Virus record (IMG/VR): IMGVR_UViG_3300034117_001582 | Coordinates: 124,001 to 188,000 of that record | Reading direction: 5' to 3' (one strand) | Length of the DNA stretch: 64,000 bases | Shown: positions 31,531 to 41,089 of the stretch, one piece after another | Position numbering within the stretch: the stretch's first letter is position 1 | Layout of the letters: each line of letters opens with the position of its first letter | The notes under the pieces: generated by a model | What the model was told of the DNA's origin: nothing | What the model saw: the letters and a program-made list of their open reading frames with translations, nothing else | Databases searched by the model: none | Program-made: the position numbers and the translations under genes

Positions 31531-31980
31531 TTAGTCATTTATGAATTCTTTTGTTTTTGTCTTACTTAATATAAAATACTTACTATTTTTTAAGTCATCT
31601 TTATATATTGAACCAAGAATTCTTTTAATTTTGTCCCTTAAAATTAATGATTTAAAATCCATTGTTTGGTTATGTACAAATAAAGTAATTTCAAGATTTA
31701 AAAAACTTTTTTTATTTTTTTGTATCCCACTTGTACGTAAGTCCAAATCGACAATTTGTTTTCTTTCAAAAGTTTGGTTATCAACAACCTCTAATAATGT
31801 ATGTTGTATTTGTCTTTTTATTTCCCCAATTAGTTTTGTCCAATTTTGGTCTTCTTGTATCGGCTCAATCCACGTTTGTAATATTATGTAAACTGATTTA
31901 AAATTTTTTGAGTCAACTGTTCCGTAGTAACATTTTGCATCATCAAATACATTTAGTTTTGATGTTTTTCCTTTTTTCAT
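31531..31980 (-). CDS. hypothetical protein
   Basis: 149-aa ORF. Confidence 0.65.
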   Translation of the reverse strand: MKKGKTSKLNVFDDAKCYYGTVDSKNFKSVYIILQTWIEPIQEDQNWTKLIGEIKRQIQHTLLEVVDNQTFERKQIVDLDLRTSGIQKNKKSFLNLEITLFVHNQTMDFKSLILRDKIKRILGSIYKDDLKNSKYFILSKTKTKEFIND

Positions 31981-32087
31981 TCTTCATACCTTATCTGTTT
32001 ATTGTTTTTATAATGGTAAGTGAAAAAATAAGATTTGTCAAAATTCAAAAAAGTTTGTATATTTATATATAAAAACAAGAAAAATTT

Positions 32088-32282
32088 ATGATTATAGTTA
32101 AGGTAAAAAATGCGGGGTCAATTGAACAAGCGCTTAAGCAATATAAGTTTAAGATTAATAAAACAAAACAATTACAAAAATTAAGAGAACGTCAAGAATT
32201 TACCAAAAAATCAGTTAAAAAAAGAGGACAGAATAAAAAATCAATTTACCAACAAAAAAAGAAGTCTCAATTAGAATCTTGA
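32088..32282 (+). CDS. rpsU: ribosomal protein bS21
   Basis: SIEQALKQYKFK..K..LRERQEFTKKSVKKR...K..Y; 64 aa, basic. Confidence 0.9.
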   Translation: MIIVKVKNAGSIEQALKQYKFKINKTKQLQKLRERQEFTKKSVKKRGQNKKSIYQQKKKSQLES

Positions 32283-32578
32283 TTATCTTCAGTTTTATCT
32301 TCAACGTTATCTAATTTTTTTTCCTTTTGTATTTGATGTAGGATATATCCTGAAATTCCAAACTCAATAGATGCCCACATAACAATATCAGTCATAGATA
32401 AGTCTGGGTATTTCTTTAAAAGAAAAAAAACCATTCCCCATTGTGCCACTATAAAGGCTATTCCTGATTCAAGCCTTTTTTTAGAAAAAAATGATGGTTT
32501 GTGTGAGTATATTCTTATAATTTCAGTAATACCCTTTTTTATGTTTCCCCAACCAAAAAAGAATTTCCTGTTACTCAT
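32267..32578 (-). CDS. small two-TM membrane protein, holin-like
   Basis: two hydrophobic segments and a charged C-terminus. Confidence 0.45.
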   Translation of the reverse strand: MSNRKFFFGWGNIKKGITEIIRIYSHKPSFFSKKRLESGIAFIVAQWGMVFFLLKKYPDLSMTDIVMWASIEFGISGYILHQIQKEKKLDNVEDKTEDNQDSN

Positions 32579-33303
32579 AACCCTTGATTTAACTTTCTTA
32601 ACTGGTAAAGATTATATTTGTCGTATTTAGACTCACTGATTTTTTTGATAGTATTTTCAATAGTATCTTTTAAATCGTTTTCTTTTGATTCGTTTAAAGA
32701 TGTTTTCAAATTAGAAATAACATTTTCTTTTAATGTATCAATTTCTAATTTAATACTCTTATCACTTAAAGACGATAATTCAATTAATTCTTTTCTTTCG
32801 GATTCACTAATATTTGAAAGTTCTTTATTTAACCTATCATTGGCAACCCTTAACATAGTTTTAAGTGGTAGGTTAATAGATTCTTTAATTTTTAATTTAT
32901 CTTCAGAAATTATTGTATTAATAATTCTTTTTTTAGATTCTAAAACCGTTTCTAAATTTTTAATTGACTTATTATAGATTGTAACATCAATATCCTTGTA
33001 ATTGTTTACAGATTTTTTAACAATAGACGATATCCATTCGTCAACATTTTTTAAAGAACGTTCGTTATTTTCAATTAATATTTGTGAGTACTCAATAGAC
33101 TCATTAATATAGTCAGTAGCAATATCATTACTTAATCCCTTCTTTTTAGATAAATCATCATATATATAATACAATTCTGATAAGTCCTTATTTTCTAAAA
33201 CCATAGTTTTTAATTGTGACATATATGTTTTAAATTCAGGTTTACCGTATAACCCAATTGAGGCTTTCTCTATTTTTGTTTTAATTGTTCCGAACGTGTT
33301 CAT
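32575..33303 (-). CDS. hypothetical head-module protein
   Basis: 242 aa, downstream of portal, own TATTTATA. Confidence 0.65.
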   Translation of the reverse strand: MNTFGTIKTKIEKASIGLYGKPEFKTYMSQLKTMVLENKDLSELYYIYDDLSKKKGLSNDIATDYINESIEYSQILIENNERSLKNVDEWISSIVKKSVNNYKDIDVTIYNKSIKNLETVLESKKRIINTIISEDKLKIKESINLPLKTMLRVANDRLNKELSNISESERKELIELSSLSDKSIKLEIDTLKENVISNLKTSLNESKENDLKDTIENTIKKISESKYDKYNLYQLRKLNQGL

Positions 33304-33327
33304 AGTGTTTTTATTTATAAATATTTA

Positions 33328-35139
33328 CTAACTCAGTAAATCCTTCAACTTGTCGTTGATTTCTGTTAATGAGTTTCTTCCTTTCGCTAAATCCATATAA
33401 TCACTACCCCCAAATAAATGGTCTTCTAATAGCATATTTAAATCATTTTTATTAAACCCTTCAGGGGTTACTCCACCGCCAGGAGGGGCGTCAGGGGGAG
33501 GTGCTTCAGCTCCACCACCCATATCAGGCATTCCACCCATGTCACCACCAGCACCACCAGCATCAGCTCCAGCTTCACCCGCAGGCTCACTTTCTTTTTT
33601 ACCATATAGTTTATCTATATTATCAAATAGACCTGTTTTAGTGATAACTTCAGCAGTTTTACCTAATTCTGCAGACACCGCTCTCTCAACTCTTTGTTGT
33701 TGTAAATCCAATCTGATTTCTTCATCTGAGAACCCTAAGATATGTTTCTTAGCCCAAGATGCAGATACAGGTGCTACCGTGTTTGGAATTTCAGCAACCG
33801 CATCTTTATATAATGTTATCTTTTCTTTCCATAATTCAATACCCAATAAGTCGGATTGTTTTGATGGGTTATGTAATCCTAACGTAAAGTTTGTTAATTC
33901 ATCCTCAAACCCTAATAGAAAAAGGTGAATGATTGCTATTTTATTTAATTCGGCAATCATACACTTTTGAATTCTGTTGATTGTTCTTGCAAAACGAATA
34001 TCTAATAATGATAAGTTTTTACCATCACCAACAGCCTCTTCAAATCCTAAATATGCTTTAGGAATTCTTAATGCCGTAACTAATTTCTTTTGAATATACT
34101 CAATATCCGCAATCTCCGCCAAGTTTGTTCCACCAGGTAACGTTTCAATTGGGTTGGTTGCTGCTGCATCCCTAACAGGGATAAAATAATCTTGATCTAC
34201 CGCCAATTGGTTATATCTCATATCAACATTACCTGTTTGGGGGTCTGAAATTTGGTCTCTTTTAAATTTACTTGCAACTCTTTGTACGTATGGGTCGACA
34301 TCTTTATCGTCCATGTTTCCAACAAATACTTTAAACACTCTTCTTTCAGGTGCTCTTGATACACGATAAATTAACATCGCATCTTCTGATAATAAAAGTT
34401 GTTTCCAAATACGACGTGATTTTTCTAACATAGAGGTACCATATGGAAGTTTTCTGTCGTCACCTAAAATTCTAAAGTGAGCAACCTCCCATGTGTTAAA
34501 TTCCATATTCTTTTCTTTCCAAGTAAATTTCAAAGCATCATTCTCCATTTCTTGTGAATACTTGTCAGGTTGGAATCTCATACCCTTTTCCAATCTTTCT
34601 ATTTGAATGTTAGGTAATTGTTGACAACCAACGATTCCTTTTTCTGGATCCAATTTTAAATAAACAAAGTTATCACCAAACTTACATGTGTTTCTTGTCC
34701 ACATTGGTAGGTTTGTGCTAATATCTAATTTATTATTAAACAAATCGGCCAATACTGATTTTATTCTTTTTGACTCTGAATAAATTTGTAATATATGTCC
34801 GTCTTTATCTGGTGTTGTAGATTCTTCACCGTAGATATCTAACGCCGCTGAAATTTCAGGAGTATATTCCATACTTTCGTAGTCATAATATGAGGCCAAC
34901 CTTGTTGGTTCATAATAAACCGCTTGTTGGTATAAATTGCCCTCAACCTTTTGCCATTGTTTACCAATGTACATTGTTTGCTGTGATTGTAGTTTTTCCC
35001 TTTCAAACTCAGCCTTATCTGTTGTTTTTAATAGTTCTTTTTTGTCGAACTTAAAGACAGGTGATTGTTGGTCCAAAGTGGCATTAGGTCCAAAAACCTT
35101 ACCTAACCTTTGCCATACCGTCATTTTATCTTGTGCCAT
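33328..35139 (-). CDS. portal protein (T4 gp20-like)
   Basis: PEISAALD, EDAMLIYRVSRAPERRVF, DYFIP, IETLPGG.NL. Confidence 0.93.
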   Translation of the reverse strand: MAQDKMTVWQRLGKVFGPNATLDQQSPVFKFDKKELLKTTDKAEFEREKLQSQQTMYIGKQWQKVEGNLYQQAVYYEPTRLASYYDYESMEYTPEISAALDIYGEESTTPDKDGHILQIYSESKRIKSVLADLFNNKLDISTNLPMWTRNTCKFGDNFVYLKLDPEKGIVGCQQLPNIQIERLEKGMRFQPDKYSQEMENDALKFTWKEKNMEFNTWEVAHFRILGDDRKLPYGTSMLEKSRRIWKQLLLSEDAMLIYRVSRAPERRVFKVFVGNMDDKDVDPYVQRVASKFKRDQISDPQTGNVDMRYNQLAVDQDYFIPVRDAAATNPIETLPGGTNLAEIADIEYIQKKLVTALRIPKAYLGFEEAVGDGKNLSLLDIRFARTINRIQKCMIAELNKIAIIHLFLLGFEDELTNFTLGLHNPSKQSDLLGIELWKEKITLYKDAVAEIPNTVAPVSASWAKKHILGFSDEEIRLDLQQQRVERAVSAELGKTAEVITKTGLFDNIDKLYGKKESEPAGEAGADAGGAGGDMGGMPDMGGGAEAPPPDAPPGGGVTPEGFNKNDLNMLLEDHLFGGSDYMDLAKGRNSLTEINDKLKDLLS

Positions 35140-35179
35140 AATCTTTTTTTACTTAAATAATAGTGTTAGTTGTAGTAAA

Positions 35180-36958
35180 TTAAACTCTTCCTCCACCGAA
35201 TAACCATAAATACTTTTCATAATCGCTTTTGGATGCTTCTTGTCTACCATAATTCATGTTATTATAGGTGTTGGCGGGTAATCCAGGATTGAAATTTTGA
35301 GAACTATCTTTAAATGTATTTTTTTCGGTAGTCCAAGATTCCAACATCGCCTTTGTTTGTTCTGTTGCCTTTTCTAATTGTGCAAAAGAAGTTTCACCAA
35401 CAAACACAGCCATAGCAAATGCCATGATTAAGTCATCGTGTTGTCCTTTTTGGTGGTCGGGTCTACCATTTACATAAACAAACGTATTCAGTTCGTTAAA
35501 TAGTCTTTGTGACCTTAACGCAAAATCAAATCTTAATGCCTCTTCAAACGCTTGAATTATTAAAATACGTTTTGAATTAAAGTTAATCCCCGGTATTTTG
35601 TCTTGCGATTTTGGATCCCATTTCCATTTATCCGCAGGGTTAACACCATCTATGTATAGATTTTTATATCCTAATTCTTGTAATTTTCTTGAGGTGGATA
35701 CTCCCATACCACCAGTAATATCAGTAACAATAAATGAGTTATACATTGTCGCCCATTTAAACGCAATTTCCGCCAATACATCCGGTGGGACTTTTCCTAT
35801 ATATTCTAATACTTGTTCTCTAGCATCAAAATCAATAATAGATATGGTACTAAAATCTTCACTATCCCCTCTTGAAACGTCAACACCCATTATATATCGA
35901 TGTCCTTCTACTGGTTCTTTCCATTGCCAAATCGATCCACCCATAAATTTGTTTTCAGGCTCCTTAATATGGTTTTCTTTAATTTTTTTCATGGTTTCGG
36001 AAGGAATAACACTATCCCCCGAACCTAAAAAGTTACATTCAAGTTCTTGTGAAATTTTTCTTTTATCGAACTTTAATTTTTTAGCCATTGACTCAAACCA
36101 AGAACTATAAGGTTTATACCCCTCGTTTTCAACTTTTAATTTAATCTCTTTAAAATCCCTGTCACCTACTTTAATGTCTGAATAATCTAATATGATTTCA
36201 CTATCATTATAATCGCCTCTATTTAACATGTAATGAACAATATCATTACATTTAATAAGTTTTAAATCTTTAGAATAACGTGGGTCACGAAACCAATACA
36301 TTTCAGTAATCCTAAAGTCATTCATACCTTTAATGGCCTGACTAAATATTGAATAGTAGATTGGGTCAAACCCGTTTGGAGTTGAAATAACAATTACCTT
36401 ACCACCTGTAGATAGAGACGCCATACAAGCAGACCAAAAGTCTTCATCGGCGTTAATGTATGCTGCCTCATCAAATATTAATATTGTTGGTGTATAACCA
36501 CGCAAAGCATCCTTTGATGTTGCAACTGCCTTAACCTCACATCCATTTGTTAATTTAAAATGTCTTTGTGAGTTCTTTTCGGTAGAAAAGGTAACACCTA
36601 ACCAAGATGGCCATTGGTCAACAAACGCTCTAACCTTATTTCCCATTTCTTGGGCGGTGTCCATTTTGTTTGCAATAATTAGAATTTTTTCTGGTTTTGA
36701 TTTTTTAGCAAACACTAATCTTTTTGATGCCCAAGCAGACGTTACGGTAGATACTCCAGCCTGACGATACTTTAATGCGATATTTTCCTCACAAGTATCG
36801 TAATCCTTAACCAACGTAACTTGGTCATTAAATAATTCTAATGGTACGTATTTAGATTGTGTGTTATCGTAAGTTTGTAGATAGGTTTTAAGTGCGTACG
36901 GAGTATCGTTTATACACTTAGCATACTCTAATAATATTTGTTCTTTTGATAAAGACAT
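35180..36958 (-). CDS. terminase large subunit (gp17-like)
   Basis: KYRQAGVST, LIFDEAA, ISTPNG, QELEC.F, GVDVSRG, HDDLIMA. Confidence 0.93.
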   Translation of the reverse strand: MSLSKEQILLEYAKCINDTPYALKTYLQTYDNTQSKYVPLELFNDQVTLVKDYDTCEENIALKYRQAGVSTVTSAWASKRLVFAKKSKPEKILIIANKMDTAQEMGNKVRAFVDQWPSWLGVTFSTEKNSQRHFKLTNGCEVKAVATSKDALRGYTPTILIFDEAAYINADEDFWSACMASLSTGGKVIVISTPNGFDPIYYSIFSQAIKGMNDFRITEMYWFRDPRYSKDLKLIKCNDIVHYMLNRGDYNDSEIILDYSDIKVGDRDFKEIKLKVENEGYKPYSSWFESMAKKLKFDKRKISQELECNFLGSGDSVIPSETMKKIKENHIKEPENKFMGGSIWQWKEPVEGHRYIMGVDVSRGDSEDFSTISIIDFDAREQVLEYIGKVPPDVLAEIAFKWATMYNSFIVTDITGGMGVSTSRKLQELGYKNLYIDGVNPADKWKWDPKSQDKIPGINFNSKRILIIQAFEEALRFDFALRSQRLFNELNTFVYVNGRPDHQKGQHDDLIMAFAMAVFVGETSFAQLEKATEQTKAMLESWTTEKNTFKDSSQNFNPGLPANTYNNMNYGRQEASKSDYEKYLWLFGGGRV

Positions 36959-36961
36959 TCA

Positions 36962-37633
36962 TTATCCTTTTCTTTTATTCAACGACTTTAATAATTCACC
37001 TTTCGTCGTGTGTGCAGGTAAATGGTTTTGAATAAGTAACATAATACTTTCTTCTATTTTTTTAACATCGTCTTTCTTTTCCGTTTTTTTAGGTAATCCT
37101 TTGTGTTTTGTTGATGCAAAATCTTTTAAATCTTTTTTAGACATTTCTTTTGACATGTCTTGAACTTTTTTAGAAACCTTAGATTTTGGTGTATCACCCC
37201 TTTTAACTGAAAGGGCTAAGCCCATAATTTTTTGTTGTTGTTTAGAAACTGCCTTTTCATTTACCTCTCCTTCATCCATACCATCAGGTCCTTGTTTTTG
37301 GATTGGGTCTTCATCATCTTCACCTTTAGTCACATCAGACACATCCTCTTCTTCAGATTCTTTAAATTCATTTTCTGTTTGTGTAATAACGGTTTTACCA
37401 CCTTCATTTGATACGGTAGCATTCCCAACAGGCATTTTAGCACCAGAAGGTAATTCAGTAACTTTTGACGTTACGGTTTTTTCAATTGGTTTTGGTTGCT
37501 CTTCAATCTCAACTTTAGATTTTTTTACTTTTTCATATAAAACTCCAATTTGTTTTGAAGTTAATTTTTCAATCGTAGTAATCGAAAACCCTTCATTTAA
37601 AAGTCTCGCTAATTTAGGATTCATATGTTTCAT
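36962..37633 (-). CDS. hypothetical protein with DUF3008-like motif
   Basis: AVSKQQQKIMG.A...KRG...MSKKDLKDFASTKHKGLP. Confidence 0.6.
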   Translation of the reverse strand: MKHMNPKLARLLNEGFSITTIEKLTSKQIGVLYEKVKKSKVEIEEQPKPIEKTVTSKVTELPSGAKMPVGNATVSNEGGKTVITQTENEFKESEEEDVSDVTKGEDDEDPIQKQGPDGMDEGEVNEKAVSKQQQKIMGLALSVKRGDTPKSKVSKKVQDMSKEMSKKDLKDFASTKHKGLPKKTEKKDDVKKIEESIMLLIQNHLPAHTTKGELLKSLNKRKG

Positions 37634-38018
37634 CTTGTACTAAATTTTTTTCCCATTTTAATACGATATCTTTCTCGTATAACTTATTTTCAACAGATTC
37701 AATACTTTCTCCGTATTGAAACACTAATCTTTTTCCTTCGTAATTTTCAGGTTTTTCCCAACCTAACGCAATTACACCATCAACCGAGTCATACATTCCA
37801 AAAAAATCAGAATTTTGTATTAAGTCTAATTCTATTTCAGAATTTTTTAAAACCCCAACCCTTTTAATAAATTCAACCTTTGGTGGTGTTGGTTTACCAT
37901 TTGCTGGTTCACTATCCCATTCTTCACCATAAACATCATCAACATCAGAAAATATAAACTCATATATATTATCACCCTTAAAATTAGGGCCTAACTCGTT
38001 TATAAATACTAATATCAT
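37614..38018 (-). CDS. hypothetical protein
   Basis: 134-aa coupled ORF. Confidence 0.65.
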   Translation of the reverse strand: MILVFINELGPNFKGDNIYEFIFSDVDDVYGEEWDSEPANGKPTPPKVEFIKRVGVLKNSEIELDLIQNSDFFGMYDSVDGVIALGWEKPENYEGKRLVFQYGESIESVENKLYEKDIVLKWEKNLVQDETYES

Positions 38019-39409
38019 ATAGTTCTTCCGTTTGGTGTAACTTTAACTTCTTTACCGTTAACAATTAAAACTAAATTCTGTTTATTTGTTTTTCCAATAA
38101 ATCTTGTATTTGCATATCCTTCAAAAAGACTTAACGCCTTTTGTTCTTGTGCAGTAGTAACTGAAAAATTAACTAAATCTTTTTTTTGTTCAATTTTTTG
38201 TAGTTTTTTACCCAAATAGTCCATTTTAGTTTTATGTTCTATAATTGGTTTTTCTTCTGTTTTAATGTTAAAATAATTGGATAATAGTCTATCTATTTTT
38301 GATTCGGAAAAAATTGAATCCATAACGTTTTGGTATCCTTCTTTTGGTTCTTCGATTTCGGCTCCCATACCACCTTCATCACCCATTTCAGGTTCAATTT
38401 CCGGTCCCATATCACCCATATCACCCATATCACCCATATCTTCACCAGATAAATCTAGTTCACCTTCACCTTCGGTTCCATATTCGTCGTCAAACCCTTC
38501 AATTTTATCTACAATTTCTTCTCTATCATCATCATCTAAATTTTTCATATCAATTGCAGATATGATTGAATTAATAACATATTTAATATCTTGAGAATCC
38601 ATTCCCTTATCTTTATCTAATGAACGAATTTTTTGACTTAATTTTCCGGTTAGTTTTTGAATCATTTTTAAACTCATTGGACCAACCTCTTCATCTGAAT
38701 CAATACCTTCTTCGTCACCCATTGGTGGCATTCCCATATCCGGTGCCGGTGGCATTCCCATATCCGGTGCCGGTGGCATTCCTTCTCCTTCAGGTGCCGG
38801 TGGCATTCCTTCTCCTTCAGGTGCCGGTGGCATTCCTTCTCCTTCAGGTGCCGGTGGCATTCCTTCTCCTTCAGGTGCCGGTGGCATTCCCATATCAGGT
38901 GCCGGTGGCATTCCCATATCAGGTGCCGGTGGCATTCCCATATCCGGTGCCGGTGGCATTCCCATATCCGGTGCCGGTGGGGGTAAATCATCACCAGGAA
39001 CAGATTCAGGTGCCGCAGGGGCTTTAGGTGTTTTTAATATGAATTTTTTTTTTGATTGTTCCCCTATTAACGGAACTTCAAAAACATTACCTTCGTTTCT
39101 ATTAACTTCAGAAACAACTAAATTAAGTTTTTTCATTGCGTCAGCATAAGAACGATAGTGTTTTCTACTTCTCATCGGTTCTGAATAATCCAAATTGGAC
39201 TCATTCAACCCCTTTTTAATGATATATCCTGTTTTTTCTTTTACTATACCATAAAGGTTTCCATCAGCAAGACGGATAGTATAATTTGTAGTAGACAAAT
39301 CATTTATTTCTTGTCTAGGAACTTCTTTGTATTTGGCAATTTCCATAATACGTCTTAATTTATCCATTCCTTCTAATTTCTCACTACCTATTGGTTTGAT
39401 ATCTCCCAT
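38015..39409 (-). CDS. hypothetical protein with Pro-rich repeats
   Basis: 464 aa; PPAPDMGM / PPAPEGEGM repeats. Confidence 0.7.
   Translation of the reverse strand: MGDIKPIGSEKLEGMDKLRRIMEIAKYKEVPRQEINDLSTTNYTIRLADGNLYGIVKEKTGYIIKKGLNESNLDYSEPMRSRKHYRSYADAMKKLNLVVSEVNRNEGNVFEVPLIGEQSKKKFILKTPKAPAAPESVPGDDLPPPAPDMGMPPAPDMGMPPAPDMGMPPAPDMGMPPAPEGEGMPPAPEGEGMPPAPEGEGMPPAPEGEGMPPAPDMGMPPAPDMGMPPMGDEEGIDSDEEVGPMSLKMIQKLTGKLSQKIRSLDKDKGMDSQDIKYVINSIISAIDMKNLDDDDREEIVDKIEGFDDEYGTEGEGELDLSGEDMGDMGDMGDMGPEIEPEMGDEGGMGAEIEEPKEGYQNVMDSIFSESKIDRLLSNYFNIKTEEKPIIEHKTKMDYLGKKLQKIEQKKDLVNFSVTTAQEQKALSLFEGYANTRFIGKTNKQNLVLIVNGKEVKVTPNGRTI
38724..38979 (-). repeat. 24/27-bp tandem repeats encoding PPAPDMGM and PPAPEGEGM (about 10 units)
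   Basis: GGTGCCGGTGGCATTCC recurring. Confidence 0.9.
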
Positions 39410-39421
39410 TTTATATTAATT

Positions 39422-39610
39422 TTAATTGTTTAATCCATTAAATCCACCAATAGCAACCGCGTTACATTGTAAATTAGTTGTATTTGTTACACTTCCATAA
39501 TCGGGTTTAGGGGCTGTAAATGTAACTACATTTCCTGCGGATGTACCAGAACCTGGTAAAAACCCAACTATTGTTGTGGTGTAATAAGATGTACAAGCTG
39601 TTGTTGGCAT
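39422..39610 (-). CDS. small Thr/Gly-rich putative virion protein
   Basis: 62 aa; TATTTATA upstream (39623-39630). Confidence 0.6.
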   Translation of the reverse strand: MPTTACTSYYTTTIVGFLPGSGTSAGNVVTFTAPKPDYGSVTNTTNLQCNAVAIGGFNGLNN

Positions 39611-39654
39611 AATATTTTTTTATATAAATATACGGATAATTTGTATTTTTATTT

Positions 39655-40404
39655 TTATTTTAAATTTTCTTGCTCTAAAGATAATTTTTTATCTGCAATT
39701 TTATTTTTAAAGTCCTCAAGTTTAGAAATATACCCGTTTCTTCTTAGATATTTAAACACTAAATTCTCATAAGAAAACTCTCCTTCTTTTTTAAGACCAC
39801 AAGCTCTATACTTTCTTAATTTTTCCTTATACTTCTTAACGAGTTTAATTGCCTCCCCTAAATCTTCATCTTTAGCGTTCTCTAAAACCCCATCAATAAT
39901 ATCCATCCATTGTTGTGATTTATCTTTTAATTTTTTTTCGTCAATTGTGAAGTTTTCTTTTTCAGGTACTCTAACCCATTTATTGTTTAAAATTGAGTAT
40001 GATCCGGCACTTTCTTCCGATTCATTAATGTCTTGAGCGAATAACTCAGTTTCAAACCCTTTGATTCTTATATCGTGGGCGGCATTGAATACCGTTTTTT
40101 TAAGTCTAAACAGTTCTTTATGTAGTTCAACATCCCCACCAAATTCTTTTGGGTCATATAAAATATGAATATCAAAATCTGAAAACTCACTCCAATTATA
40201 TCCGGCTAATGATCCAATAAAAATTATATCGTGTACAAAAAAATCATAATCCAAATAATCTATGAATAATTGTGCAACCTTAAGTAATCGTTTTCTTATT
40301 TCAGGTTTTAGTTTGTAATCACCTTCATTAGGTTCGTCCCATATATCAGGATTTAATTCGTCTTGTAAGTAAAAACTATTAATGATTTTTTTATCGTTCA
40401 TCAT
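39655..40404 (-). CDS. Pol-beta superfamily nucleotidyltransferase
   Basis: IFIGSLAGYNWSEFSDFDIHI (GS...DxD), later ELFAQD. Confidence 0.75.
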   Translation of the reverse strand: MMNDKKIINSFYLQDELNPDIWDEPNEGDYKLKPEIRKRLLKVAQLFIDYLDYDFFVHDIIFIGSLAGYNWSEFSDFDIHILYDPKEFGGDVELHKELFRLKKTVFNAAHDIRIKGFETELFAQDINESEESAGSYSILNNKWVRVPEKENFTIDEKKLKDKSQQWMDIIDGVLENAKDEDLGEAIKLVKKYKEKLRKYRACGLKKEGEFSYENLVFKYLRRNGYISKLEDFKNKIADKKLSLEQENLK

Positions 40405-40421
40405 ACATATAAATACCTATG

Positions 40422-40676
40422 TTATTCTGTTTCTTCTATTTTTTTGTACTTGTACTGTTTTGCAATATCAGTATTAAAGTATTTTCCTTGTGATTCTGCC
40501 AATCTAAATTGTGCATATGTTTTGTGTGGAACATCTTCATATTCGTATATAATTCCGTTTTTGAATGTTGCCATTAATTTATTAGTTTCGCTATCGTATT
40601 CAGTTTTAACTAAATTTGAAGATTCGATTTCACAAATTATTTTTGTTCCGTCTATTGTTGTTCTTTTAATCGCCAT
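40422..40676 (-). CDS. KTSC-domain protein
   Basis: SSNL...YD..T..L...FKNG..YEY.DVP...Y..F..AES.GKYFN..I. Confidence 0.9.
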   Translation of the reverse strand: MAIKRTTIDGTKIICEIESSNLVKTEYDSETNKLMATFKNGIIYEYEDVPHKTYAQFRLAESQGKYFNTDIAKQYKYKKIEETE

Positions 40677-40977
40677 TTGGGTTTGGTTTTCTTAATGGGG
40701 TTATGTCATCTATATGACGAAGTTTATCCATAACATAATAATGAACTTTAGTTCCGTCAACATCAAAACCGTAATCTTTAATTGTTTGGTCTATTTCTCT
40801 AACCAATGGTGGTAATTCAGAATGTAAAAACATTAAATCTTGCGGATAATATGGTGGTTTTTCAATATCCTTTTCTGTCCACCCTTCTTTTTGAAAAATT
40901 TTTCTCATTTTAAAGTAAATTTCCTCTAAATTTTTTGTTAGCTGCAAAGCATCTGCAAATTTTTCCCATGACTCCAT
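40666..40977 (-). CDS. hypothetical protein
   Basis: 103 aa; TATTTATA upstream (40981-40988). Confidence 0.65.
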   Translation of the reverse strand: MESWEKFADALQLTKNLEEIYFKMRKIFQKEGWTEKDIEKPPYYPQDLMFLHSELPPLVREIDQTIKDYGFDVDGTKVHYYVMDKLRHIDDITPLRKPNPNGD

Positions 40978-41089
40978 AACTATAAATATAACTAAAAAAA
41001 AAACTAAAGAATATTGGGGTATGGTTAAAACAATTAAAAGATTGATTATTTAACTACTTATGTTTAATATTTTCTAAAAACAATTTGAT

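Noticed and set aside
38620-39027. ORFs 38620..39027(+), 38674..38994(-), and likewise 29638..29874(+)
   Set aside because: Alternate frames of tandem repeats within real genes
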